Shown here piece by piece: positions 52,141 to 64,000 of a stretch of 64,000 bases of DNA. Source of the DNA: Monocercomonoides exilis PA203 (taxonomy: Eukaryota > Protista > Preaxostyla); assembly GCA_001643675.2 (NCBI GenBank), contig LSRY02000041.1, forward strand, positions 620,001 to 684,000. The letters run 5' to 3'. Below the pieces are notes generated by a model. It saw only the letters and a program-made list of their open reading frames with translations, did not search any database and was not told the origin of the DNA. Numbering within the stretch: position 1 is the stretch's first letter; each line of letters starts with the position of its first letter. The position numbers were made by a program, and so were the translations under genes.

Positions 52141-52266
52141 AAATAAATAAAAAAATTTACAATATTCCCAACATTAAATATAAATTTTAAGCAATTTTTT
52201 TTCCCCGTTTTTGCAAGCAGAGAAAAGGAAAAAATTTTTTCATTATCGGCTTAACATTATATTAGA

Positions 52267-52842
52267 ATGGAAATTGGAAATTTAAAAAATTGTTTGCATT
52301 ATTTATAACGAATTTGACTCGAGTTTCATTTATCTTCATGTAGACGAGATTCTTCACGAAAAAATGACGAAGGATCTTCGAATTTTGCTTGAAAAGCGAG
52401 ATAAGGTGTTTGAAGAAATAGCAAAATTGTATGTTTGTTATTTATGGATGAATTTAAAAGTCTTTTTTGTTTTTAGTGAAGATCTACGGACTATTGTATT
52501 ACATTTTCAAAACAATTCAATGAAGGAATTAAAAACACTGACAGATATTGGTGGAAATATTTTATGTGAAGCGAAAGTTCCAGATCTCTCGACACTCATG
52601 GTTGATGTTGGTTTTGGAACATGCGTTGAAATGACTCATACAGAAATACTTTCATATATGCCAAAGAAAATTTCCATTTTGACTGCAAGTGTTGCAGACC
52701 TTGAAAGTAAAATTGTAACTCAACAGACTAACATTAGAATTGTATGAGCTTTTATTATTTATTAAAAATTTTCAAAATTTGATCAAATGAAAAGGTTACT
52801 GCAGGAATGGCCGAAATGAAAAGAGAATTAAAATGCACGTGA
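52267..52842 (+). CDS. UXT: UXT-like alpha-class prefoldin; exons 52267-52291, 52344-52428, 52477-52741, 52795-52842
   Basis: KDLRILLEKRDKVFEEIA...ELKTLTDIGGNILCEAKVPDLSTLMVDVGFGTCVEMT matches the UXT/prefoldin-alpha coiled coil plus double beta-hairpin; three GT-AG introns keep the frame. Confidence 0.8.
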
Positions 52843-53299
52843 TTTATGTGTTATTATTAGTATTATGTCAAAAAAAAATATCATACTCATTTTAATTCTG
52901 CTTCTGAAACAACTATTTTGGGGATAATTTTTTCATAAATGAAAAAATCCACGCTTTGTTCGTATTTATTTGACCTACATATTTCAATGCATGCAACCCA
53001 ATAACACAAAAAAAGAAATTGAATTGAAATTTATATAAATAATTTATTTTGATTTTTGTGAGCAAGCAAGATATTTATGGAAATAACAAAAGAAGAAATG
53101 AGAAAGGTTTGACTGAGATCATTGCTTTCATTTAAAAATACGATGAATAGGAAAAGAAGTGAAATAGAACTATCTGTGCTGCTGATGAAGTTTTGATATT
53201 ATTCGTGATGATTATTCACATAATAATATTTAATGCGTAAAAGAAAAATTACTCATTTGAGCAGAAAGAGAAAAAAACAGCGATTTTCATTAGAAGCAC

Positions 53300-53800
53300 A
53301 GAATTCAATACATGTGCATATTCGTCTTCAAAGCCAAGATTGATGCAAGTGGAGTCTGGAACTGAGGTTCCTCAATCTGCTTATCTGTACAATTTCGGCA
53401 CTGCTGATTCCATCACAAAAGGAAGCAGAGATCCGAGAGCCATTCAAGACGTCTCACTTCATTATGTGTGTGGGAGTAATGCTGGGCTATGTGATGAGAC
53501 AGAAGGTAAACATCTGGGATATGTGGAGGATGGTGTTTGAGCTGGTGACTGAGCGGGTTCTGTTTCCGGGGAAGACAAAAAACGAGAAGCTGAAACCGAT
53601 TTCAGGAGTTAAAGTGAGTGCTGCCAAACAAGCTGAGGAGCAAAGGGAACGATCAGCTTGAGAACAGGTATTTTTCCTTTGCCAGAAAGCTCCTTGAGCG
53701 TATCTTCAATCCAGTTGTGAAGGAGAAGATCACAAAGGTGATGGCTTATTCAAGCCTTCGCTGAAAATTTCGCAATATGCTGTAAGAAGATTAACATTTT
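53300..53800 (+). pseudogene. Degenerate CMGC-type (DYRK/PRP4-like) protein kinase remnant
   Basis: Across frameshifts: KPRLMQV...AYLYNFGTA (subdomains VIb-VII-like), IQDVSLHY, and LGY...KVNIWDMWRMVFELVTERVLFPGKT..EKLKPI (IX-X-like). Limits approximate. Confidence 0.5.
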
Positions 53801-54806
53801 TCTCTACTCTCTGATTCGTCTGGAACCAGAGCATCTGACACAGAAAGTGAGAAAACAAGAGAAGGCGAACTGCTCCTGAGCGGCGTTGTGTCGTCCATCG
53901 CTGTGGTTGATGCGTATGATGCAGTCACCTACGAGGCATCCGAAGGATCAATCACAGACGCGTTGAATGATGAAAGTGATAACTGATCATCCACTGCCGC
54001 CTTCTTCTCTTCGCTTCTCAACCTCAGGAATGGAGAAGCGGACAAAGATTACTAAAGGCGCTGAGCGAAGATACAACTACTGAGCTGCCCCTTCCACAAG
54101 AATCTTTTTTTGGATTTCACACCACGTCTGCCGGCAGCATTATCGGAGATACGAACACCATGTCTTCATTCAAAGAAAACAATGTGGGTCATCCGTAAAA
54201 GCTCGCTGTTATTATGCAGCAAGAAAGGATGAAGCAGAACGTTTTCAGACTTATCACAGAAATAAGAAAAAAAGAAAAGCGAAGATGTTTCATGAAAAGA
54301 ATGCTTCAATAAATATGAATAATGATTTTATCCAAAGATGAGCAATTTTATAATCAGTTTTATCGATTTCATTGTGTGCTTTTCAAAATACACTTTTTTC
54401 ATTCAGTTGAAATATCAATCGTTTGTTTGATGCTCTGGACATCTCTTGCGATATTGATAAATATTTGTCACAAAACTCTATAATAAATAATTGAAATCTT
54501 GTTTCTCAAACGGATATTTTTGAACTGGCATTTTTGATTGGAATCAATGAAAATGTCAAAAAAAATAATCATACATTTCTCAAATTGAGCTTTCTTTCGT
54601 AAGATTATTTTGCGACTTTCGGAGTTACAGTGCTCAAAAAAGAAAAAATTGCAATTTCAAAACAAGCAAAGTTGAACAGAAAAAGAAAATAAAAACTGAC
54701 GTTGAAAACTGAAAACAAAATTTGCTTCAAATGAAAAGAAAAACTCTTTGTCTCTATGAAATAACAAAATGAATGGAAAAACTCTTAATATCTGAACAAG
54801 GAAATT

Positions 54807-56830
54807 TCACAGAATCAAATAAACTACAACAATAACTAACACAAATAAACACTTGAAAAACGAAGTGTTCATGTGCTTGAAGAGCTTGACTGCAAAAGTT
54901 TCTGTTTTGTCGGCAAAGCTTTCCCACCAATTGGGATCCGAGCCTTTAAGCCTTGCATAATAATCTCTTCGTATTTTCAATGCTTTTTCAGTTTCAAGCC
55001 TATCCACCCAAAATTGTGATACTGTTTTTCTCATGTTCACTGCTTTTCCCACTAGCTTCCATGCATTTTTTTTATATTGCTCTTCAAATCCAACAATAGC
55101 CTCGCCCTTTAAAAGCTTGCGCAATCCAAGTTTCATTCTCAGCCACTCAAATTTCTGAATTGCAAAATAATATCTACTATCAATCTCTTCGTTCCACAAT
55201 TCCACTTCCAATTCTTCACGCATTCCTTTTGAGTCATCAGGAATACATAACAATTCAAAAATCACAAAAGGAACAATCAAAGAAGCAATGCAAAATCCAA
55301 AATGCAGCTTTATTGAGCCATCCAGCTTCAGCGGGACCAGAATCAGAAACGGAAGCACAACTACGCTGAAGACTGCCACTCCAAGTAATATAAGTTCTTC
55401 GTCAAAAGAATTCAATTTTTCATTAAACCTTCTTCCAGTACATCCCATTGCAAAGAAACGGGCAAAGAGAATCAATGCGCTCCAAATTGTTAGAGAAAAT
55501 ATAGTTCTCCACTTGAGCGATGTCAGGCTCACTAAAACTCGATAAATGTGTGCTGTTTAACATCACGCGATGAATTTGACAAGAAAGAAAGAAAAAGGAA
55601 AAAATTATTTTTCAAAAATTTTTTAATTTAACAGTCAGATCAAACCGTCTGCTTTTAGCGAAGCAATCACCAAAAAGAGCAGCATAAGACCAGCTGAAAT
55701 GACATCCAACAGCAAAAACATGTACTTCGAAACTGAAGCTGCTTGCTTAAATTCACACACAATCAGAACTGCAAGCAGCAGTAGCAAGCACAAAATATGG
55801 CCATATGAACGCAAATATTGAAACGTTCTTCCAAAAATAGTCGAAATACACCACAGTCAATTGAATCACTCCATTTAAAATATTAATTGGATCAATCGTT
55901 TCAGTTTTTTTTAACAGAAATAAATTGATATAATACACTAAGCAATACGATCCAATCAGAAGCGTTGAAAATGTCAAAGTGTCTGTGAACGACTTTTTGG
56001 CAGCTTCCCCGTTCGCTCTCGCTCGAAAAGCAATTTCACTTTTCCTCGAGAAACTGAGCAATCCAAGTACTATCAAAATTTCTGATATATATCGCAAAAC
56101 AGAACAAATCGATGTTTTAAGCTTCGATTGCTTCAGCCTTTTCCTATTCTCCCCAGAGATCCGTGGAAAATCTCGTATGTGTGCCAACTCTTTGTATATT
56201 CTAAATGCAACAGAGAATGTTCACACAAAATACACAAATTAAAGATTAATAACCAGTCAAAGAATAAAAAATGTTAAATTGTTTCAGAACACAAACTGCA
56301 ATGTCTCCTTCCATCCCTTTGCGCTCACCCCGTATTTGTAGCTCTCTTTCCAGTCTTCTTCCGAACGAGGGTTAAAAAAATAAATATATTGAAATGCACA
56401 TTCTGGCAGAAGGCAAATCTTGTGCATGAAGGGAATTATTGCTCTGCACTTTATTCTTGCACATCTGTACAACCAGTGGGAAGAGGCAATACAAAGTGTC
56501 AAATGTTGATTCTTTCTTTGAAAAAATGAAAAAAATCAAATTCAAACTCTTCCGTTTTTGAGAGGATATTGAATCTGCGATTCACCTGAGACAACGAAAT
56601 AATCGTTGAAAAGTTGCATTTCCCAAAGATTCTATTTGCAACGATCATACGCAAAAAAAGCAAATCTTGTTTCATCAATAGATTTCATGAATAAAAACTC
56701 AAACATCTTCAAAATATCATCGGGAAGGCTGCCTGAATAAAAAGATTTCAAAACATAAAATATTGCAAATGAAGCACATCCGCACCTAAACATGCATCGA
56801 CAGCACCCTTGGAAGAGCTTTCTCTCATTT
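54807..56830 (-). CDS. Multi-pass membrane protein of unknown family, spliced and/or decayed; 5' limit uncertain
   Basis: Consecutive minus-strand ORFs 56284..56502, 55753..56187 and 54807..55532 carry many hydrophobic helices, separated by short AT-rich intron-like gaps. Confidence 0.45.
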
Positions 56831-58255
56831 CCATGAAAAACTGTATTAATAATTTATGGGTATTTTTTCAAAAAAAAATCAAAAAAGAATTGGAATGCAC
56901 TTTCTTTTTGATAAAAGTGCGTATTATAACAAAATGTCAATCTATTCAAAAATCTTGCAACAAATATGTTTCATTCCTTGTTTCATCAAAAATCATTCAA
57001 ACAATTACTATTTCATCGACCAATCTCTATTTTTGCGAAAATGAATAAATATTATTTTTCATTTTTCATTCACTATTGCTTGTGAATGTCTGACTTCATA
57101 TGTTTTTCACTATCTGAAGATTATCAAATGGAATAATTCAACATTGAGGTGATTGAAAAGAATATTCAATTGGAAACAACATTTTTGAAATGTTAAAAAT
57201 AGGATTTTCTGAATAAAATAATTTTGAAAATCATGAAAACATTCATCAAACACAATAGAGGTGTTCATCATATGTGATATTACTGGACTTGCAGCATTTC
57301 TGTTTTCAGATACGTTCACATCACGCACAACTTTGTATTTGGAGGCACATCAATTTGCTGAAGCATCAAGATTTAATCCGTCATTCTTGTTGATATTCAT
57401 GAAACTGCCAACGCAAAATCATGAGAATGGTTTTTGAAATAGGTCGATTTTTAAGAATGCTCATTCCACATGTCGTAATTGCGTTCCATTTTTTGTTTCA
57501 CATCCTCTAAGTGTTTAACAATGAACAACGGTTCGCATAAGATGAGACAGATGAGACAGAACAGAATTTGGAGCATATGGAAGATCGAAACTCTTTAGGA
57601 AACAAAAACACATCAACATTGATTTTAAAAAAATATCGCAACGAAATGGTTCATAAGGTTATGCGATCGACGAGTCAAGTCAAAGATTCTGATTTATAAA
57701 AAAATAGATAAAAATATTTGTTATATTGATTCCGGTGGAAAGAACAAGATAATAAATTGTTATTTTCTGACGAGGTTGTGATCAATACACAATAGATAAT
57801 GTTTTTAAAACTTTATAATTTCTGTTGTCCACATTTGTTGTGAAAGAAATAATACTTGAGTCAAAGAATTATCCTCAGGAGTTTCTGTAACGATGAAAAA
57901 GGAAATCATTCATGTTTATTGCAGGAAAACCAATAGTGAAACATTTTTTCTTGATTTTTCTTTTTTCGTTTTTCATCAATGAAACAATTTCTCTCGGCAA
58001 ACTTAATCGAATCTTTTCAACTTTCATTTGATAAATGGGTTTTCAAAATATATTTTGGGCGTTAACTTTTTTTCAATTCATATATCACTTGATATTCAAA
58101 AAGGTGCATGTGATACGATATGTGTATTGTCCAATGATTGAACTAACTTTTTGAATGATCTTTGGATGATGAGGAAACCATTTATTGCATTCTGTTTTCT
58201 ATATGTTAAGGATTTGTTGATCTATTTTGATATTGACATTGAAACATCAACACTC

Positions 58256-60688
58256 ATGCTCTTTGTTTTTCTGATTTTCACATTTGCAATTTCACAACAA
58301 ATGGATGAAGGAAAACCATATACAGTTTATGTGAAGCAAAGTGGAAGTGAAACCCACACTGGAACAGAGATCGGTCAGGAAAGGAAATCATTGAAAAGTG
58401 CATTTGATCTTTTGGGAGATGATGAAGCATGTAAGATCTATGTTGTGAATGATACAACTGCATTCACAGCAGAAGCAGTTCAATTCAACAAAAACCAAGG
58501 AATCAGCATTGAAGGAGTTAATAGTGATGGAAATGAAAACACAATTGTTGCAATTGATTGTGATGTGAATCCTAATGGAGATCTATTCACTTGTGATGGA
58601 GTTACAGAATTCAAATATCTGGCATTCCATTTTCCCGCATCTTTAGGTGGATCATTCAATGTTGCGTTGATAAAAGGAACTTCTGGAGAATTAACTATTA
58701 AAAACTGTCAATTTATTCGGCCAACAACAAGTGTGGGAACTGTGAATTATTTCCTTGTGTGTGTGGAGAGCGGAAATTTAATTATGGATTCAGCGGAGTG
58801 CACTGATGATAGTCGCACAGTTGCGTTTGAAAGTGGTATTTTTTATATAAGTGCAAGAAATACTGTTTCATTGACGAATGTGACTTTGAAAAAAATTTCG
58901 AATGCCTATTCATTTGTTTTCATAGGTGGAAACGATGGCTCCAAGTTGGATATTTCTCTAAATAATTGTTCATTCACTGAATGTCACAGCAAGAGATCGT
59001 CAATTTTGTCCGTTTTGATCAACAACAGTGAAAGCACGTTCACAGTGGGAGATGGGGGTGTAACATCTTTCACTTCATGCAGTTGCATGACAAACAATTC
59101 TTATTATTCAGGAGTATTTTATTTGTCAATGCTTGATATATCTTCAGCATCCCCACTAAAGTGGCCAACAGATGGAAAGAACCTGGTATTTCAGAATTGC
59201 TCAGCGAGCGATTCTAACAGAAAGAGAAACACTGGGTTATGCTTGCTCATGAAAAATATACATCATTTGGCAGATGCAGCTCATGCAATGAAGGCAAGTT
59301 TTGCAGCCAATTACACACGAAAAGACAATTCTTGGTTTGTTGCTGGATATGACCATGAAAATGGTGAATTGTGTGATTTCACAACTTTGTTTTTTGATCC
59401 TATTCCCAAAAAACCAGACAATCTGACAAGAGCATTTGTGAAGAATGGAGGAAAAGGAAATGGAATCAATATTAATTCAGCAATCAACAGCTTAAAGGAG
59501 GCTTATGATTTCTTGGAAAAGAGTGGGAAATGTTTCATTGACGTTGTCAAAACATCTGATCCAATCAAAGCAGAAGATATAAGTTTCAGCATTAACAATG
59601 GAATAGCAATTGAAGGAGTGAATGACAATGGAGAAGGAAATACAGAAGTGGCAATTGATTGTGATGTTTCTGTTTCATCAATTCTCTTTTCTTGCCAGAG
59701 AGTTGTGGAATTCAAGTATTTGGCATTCCAGTTCTCTTCAACAGAAAAGAATTGGGACTCATTGATCAGTGCAGGATCAGGTTCAATCTCATTGAAAATA
59801 TCAACATGTCGATTTGTCAGAATTGAATCACAATCACAAGAAGGAATGGTTTCAAATGCTGATGGAAACAGCCCCTTGGCAAGCAGTCTTGTGAGTGTGA
59901 TATCTGGAAGTGTGGAAATGGACACTGTGAAATGCACAGATGAGACCTCATTTGTGACATTCTCTTCATCACCATTTTCATTTTCTGGAGCCAGCCTGGT
60001 GTCATTGAGGGGAATGGACATCAGCAAAGTGAATGTGGAAAGTGGAGCAGCAATCAGCATCAGAGATAAAAGTGATTCATCTTCGAAGGTTTTAATCGAA
60101 GGACTGAATGTTCAAGAAGTGAAATCTGAGAAAGGAGCAGCAGCAGGGTTGGATATCACCCTCAGTTCAGAAGAATCAAGAGTGGCCATTGGAAGGGGAA
60201 GCAAATGCTCATTCAAGTCATGTTCAGCACCAGAAGGGAAATCAGGAGCAATAATCATTGACATGCCCAAAGCCACATCGAATCTCAAACTCCCTTCAGA
60301 ACACAACCTGGAGATCGACAGTTCAAACACCGCTGGCTCAAAAACAACTTCACTGTTCATCATTGCCCCAGACTTCGACAAGTTCTGCAAACAAGAAGAT
60401 GCCTTTGCGTTTGCGAATGATTATGATGAATCGACATCTGGGTGGATTGAGGGAGCAAAAGACGCAGAATCAGAGCCTGAGGATGTGTATGAGAAGTATG
60501 TGAAAGTGAGACAAGAGAAACTGAAAGAACAAAACAAAAAGAATAAAACAGGGATCATTGTTGCCATTGTTGTTCCAATTGTTGTTGTGGTTGCAGTTGT
60601 GGTGATTGTGATTGTTGTTGTTGTTGTGAAGAAAAGAAGATCAAAAAATGAAGAGAACAACGGAAAGGAACAAGAAATGAATGATTGA
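58256..60688 (+). CDS. Type I membrane surface protein (810 aa) with two internally duplicated modules and a short basic tail
   Basis: Signal-like MLFVFLIFTFAISQQ from ATG 58256; IEGVN..G..NT.VAIDCDV....LF.C....EFKYLAF.F occurs twice; TM GIIVAIVVPIVVVVAVVVIVIVVVVV followed by KKRR. Confidence 0.85.
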   Translation: MLFVFLIFTFAISQQMDEGKPYTVYVKQSGSETHTGTEIGQERKSLKSAFDLLGDDEACKIYVVNDTTAFTAEAVQFNKNQGISIEGVNSDGNENTIVAIDCDVNPNGDLFTCDGVTEFKYLAFHFPASLGGSFNVALIKGTSGELTIKNCQFIRPTTSVGTVNYFLVCVESGNLIMDSAECTDDSRTVAFESGIFYISARNTVSLTNVTLKKISNAYSFVFIGGNDGSKLDISLNNCSFTECHSKRSSILSVLINNSESTFTVGDGGVTSFTSCSCMTNNSYYSGVFYLSMLDISSASPLKWPTDGKNLVFQNCSASDSNRKRNTGLCLLMKNIHHLADAAHAMKASFAANYTRKDNSWFVAGYDHENGELCDFTTLFFDPIPKKPDNLTRAFVKNGGKGNGININSAINSLKEAYDFLEKSGKCFIDVVKTSDPIKAEDISFSINNGIAIEGVNDNGEGNTEVAIDCDVSVSSILFSCQRVVEFKYLAFQFSSTEKNWDSLISAGSGSISLKISTCRFVRIESQSQEGMVSNADGNSPLASSLVSVISGSVEMDTVKCTDETSFVTFSSSPFSFSGASLVSLRGMDISKVNVESGAAISIRDKSDSSSKVLIEGLNVQEVKSEKGAAAGLDITLSSEESRVAIGRGSKCSFKSCSAPEGKSGAIIIDMPKATSNLKLPSEHNLEIDSSNTAGSKTTSLFIIAPDFDKFCKQEDAFAFANDYDESTSGWIEGAKDAESEPEDVYEKYVKVRQEKLKEQNKKNKTGIIVAIVVPIVVVVAVVVIVIVVVVVKKRRSKNEENNGKEQEMND

Positions 60689-62438
60689 TTATAAAAGGAT
60701 CTTTCATTCATCTTCTTAATCAACATTTGTTCTTGTATTTCTATGTGTATTCATTTGTATATTGTTATCATGCTTTATTTTTTCTTTTTCAATTTGTTTA
60801 ACTGTTTTTTTCAAATATATTCTAACCTTGTTTGAAACATATCACCAGATATATTTCATTATGAATACGAAAAAATACCTAATCCATCTTTTATGTGATT
60901 ATTGCAGATACAATTATGTATGTTTTTATTAATATGAAGAATTTTCTGTTTCTTTTGAGAAATCAAGAAAATAACATTTCAAAAAAAATAAATCATATCG
61001 ATAACAAAAATAGTAATTCTTTTGTTATTGTTTTTAGTTGACAATAATTGTTTAAAGAAAAAGCACAATAAAAGAATGGATATTTCTTAACAATTGATTA
61101 TTAAACATAATTTTTTCAACAATTCTTTAAATTTAATCAAAGAAATTAATTAACAGTCAAAACGAAAAAAATTGAAGATTCTTGTTTTCAAACAGCATCC
61201 ACATAACTTGAAATTGTTTGTCCAAATAAGCAATCAGGAAAAGAAGAACACAATCTAAATTAGAATTTCAATCTTTTCTATCAAAGCAAACAATAAAGGA
61301 AACAATGACTTTTTTTAAAGAAAAATTGAACGGAGATCTGCAAATGATTCAATTGACAGAAATAAACAGTCATCCGATCATTTTCTCTTAACACTTTTTT
61401 CAGAGTTACTAGCAATGCTTGAAAACTGGACTGAAAATGAACAAAAACCCATGATCTGGGAAATTAATGAAATAATTGAAGAGATGGATGGTTATGGACT
61501 GTTTTCAGTTTTGACTGTGGAAATGTTCGAAAGAATCGATAAAACAAATAAAAATGCAGAATTTTGTTAAATGAGTTCAATCAAAAATATAATTTGCTGA
61601 AAAAAGCACGCTCTTAAAAATTAAGTATTTTCTGATGTTCTTTGAAGAAAGTTCATTCTTTTGCGCTGGAAATAACATAAACGAAAGCAAAAACTTAAAG
61701 ATATTTAATTATTTCGAAAAAAAACTAAAAAATTTGGTTATTATCTTTGAAAAGTCGAAAATGTTTGTTATTTGGGTTCAATCAAACTGAACCTTGTTTG
61801 ATCATTTTCGGAAATAAATCCATCAAATTTCTTCATAATGTTCATATTTTTGCATCAAATTATTTTTTTGTGATTTTAATTTTCAAATTGACGAAGTTTA
61901 ATGGATATATTGTGTGATTATTTTTGATGTCATATTATTTCTTATTAAAATTTCGGTTAAAATATTCCTTTTTTTGTATAAACAAAAGAACACTGAAAAA
62001 TGAAAAAGCTCATTGAAGACATCTTAATCTTTATTTGAGTGAAAACATTTGTTTTTCAAGCAATTGTGATATTTTTTCAATTTGAATACAAAATCTCTTC
62101 CTGATGATAATCTATCTTTGAAAAAACAACACCCCAATAAAAGTTAAAGTTTCAAAAATAATCACAAAATATTGTAAAAATTTATCAAAAATGTTTCTAT
62201 TTTATAAAACCCAAGCATTAAACACAAGCGACTTTTCAAATAGAACGATCCGAATGTTTATATCAATTTCGTTTGTGTTTTTTGAAATATGAGTTCAATA
62301 GAAAAAAGGGAATGACTTCAAATCATTGCATCATTTTTAATCATACCCTCTATAAAATACAAAATATTAAGTTTTCTTATTTTTTTCAATGAACTTTGAC
62401 ATGATAAATTTCGTTCAAACAAATTAAAGCTCAAATAA

Positions 62439-63120
62439 TTAAATTGTTTCAGATTCTTCCCCACTGGATGCTTTTTCACCATCATCTTCCGTTTTTTTTT
62501 TCTCAATCGAATAAACTGTTGCATCTGTGTCATCCGTTCCAATGGATGAAATGTTGCTTGTTGCTGTTTCAGCATCATCTTCGCTTTTTTCGTTAACTTC
62601 ATCGTATGTTTTTTCGTATCTCTCTGGATTATATTCAAAACATATTTCAAATAACTTCAGAATTGAAATTTTCTCTATTTTAAGCAATACAAATGCAGCA
62701 ATGTGATCTTCAATGTGAGGCAGGCTGGTTCTATTATGTGACAAATACATTCTTTTCCTACTCCAGACAGCTTCTGTGTTATTTGCAAGACAATTTGTTG
62801 TTTTATTTTTAAATTCCTTGCTATGATCAACTGTTAAGAACCCAAAACCTAGCTCTTGCAATTTTGAGCAGGCTTTCCAACAATCTGAATATATCATTGT
62901 CCCAGGCTCAACGGTTTTTGTGACAATACAAAGAAGAGTTTTTGAATCCCTTTTTTCACTGGAATAATAAATGCTTTATTTCCCAAAGGATTTTTTTCAT
63001 AGATTCCAAATATCCAAACCTGCTTTTTGGATCTGCTCCTATGGTACTTCCTTTTCAGTAACAAACACTCATCCAATTCGACAACCTTTCCAACACCTCC
63101 TAATTTTTCTTTTTTGAGTA
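62439..63120 (-). pseudogene. Merlin / IS1595 (ISXO2-like) DDE transposase, frameshifted and 5'-truncated
   Basis: LGGVGKVVELDECLLLKRKYHR...QVWIFGIYE, then after a frameshift near 62950 IYSDCWKAC..L......TVDHSKEF......NNTEAVWSR. Confidence 0.85.
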
Positions 63121-64000
63121 GTATCCCGAATAACAAGCTTGTTGGCAAATAGCAAAAATTTCCCCCGTTATTTTTTCGCCAAGGCCTGTAAGAGATCTGG
63201 CCTGAAGATGCTGAAGGCCTAAGTGAAATAATAAAACAGTTTGTAATATAAGTTCAATTTTTGCTTTTGCATGATAAAATGGAGTATTTAATAAAATAGA
63301 ATTATTTCATTTGCATTTTCTGCAGTGATAGACAAATCTTCCTGTTGGTAATGCGTAGAAATACATATCTTTGTTGCATAGTGAGCATTTTTTTGAGTTA
63401 AAAATTAATTTATTATCGAATAACCAGCGTTAACTGCTTTCACTGTTGCTAAATGTTTTAAACAAGATATGACGAGAGTTTATTTCAGTGGAATTTTCCT
63501 CAATTTCCATTATTCTAAACAAATTATTATAACAAAAAATCCTATTTGATTTTTTTTAGTTATGTTTTTGGGACAGATCAAAAAAGATACCATGATCGAA
63601 TGGCATGCCAAAATAAGAATGAAAAAACATTATACATATTTATCAATGTTTTTCCATAGAATAAATAACTGTTGTCAGTAATGTTTCATATCCCCCTTTT
63701 TTTATCGGGACCTAAAATTTCTGGATCTCCAGAGCACTTTTCGAAAAAAATAAATAATAGAAAACTTTAAATATATAATAATAAGCAATTCATGAAAATA
63801 TATTTTGGTTTTCAATTTTTGTGAGGAGATCTTGTGTTTTTTGTTTTATTTTTTTAATTTTTATTTTTTTTTTTTTTGATCAAAGACTTGCTCATATTTT
63901 CACAAGCTTTTGGTTTGAGTGTTTTGAGTGTTTTGAGTAATTTCATCGTTTATAAAATTTTCTTCTTTTGAATTTTGGTTATTTTTCATTGTTAAACACT

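Noticed and set aside
63121-63712. TCCCGA / TCGGGA as TIRs of an inserted element
   Set aside because: The match is only about 6-8 bp with no TSD, too weak to support.

Overview
AT-rich eukaryotic genomic DNA with short GT-AG introns and the standard genetic code. The gene families and Ser/Glu low-complexity style strongly resemble an oxymonad such as Monocercomonoides (inference, no database search). Host genes: a 5'-truncated Ser-rich Vps39/Vam6-like gene, a CFAP36-like gene, a UXT-like prefoldin, two paralogues of a lineage-specific helical family (one decayed), a multi-TM gene and a type I membrane protein. Two giant convergent receptor-like genes (Cys/GGG-rich ectodomain, one TM, kinase-like tail) lie at 14830-24176 (+, interrupted) and 32749-45043 (-, intact, about 4070 aa). 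The main structural feature is a 12.2-kb quasi-palindrome, 22383-34542. Its two essentially identical ~3.3-kb inverted arms supply the same ~600-aa 3' end and the same downstream DNA to these two otherwise divergent genes. Its loop is a decayed DIRS/PAT-type tyrosine-recombinase retrotransposon (gag, RT-RH-MT, YR). All three internal junctions share a palindromic CATATG core. Other mobile DNA: decayed pogo-like and Merlin/IS1595-like transposases, an 815-bp foldback element with 284-bp perfect arms, and a 258-bp MITE. All coordinates and identities were read by eye.
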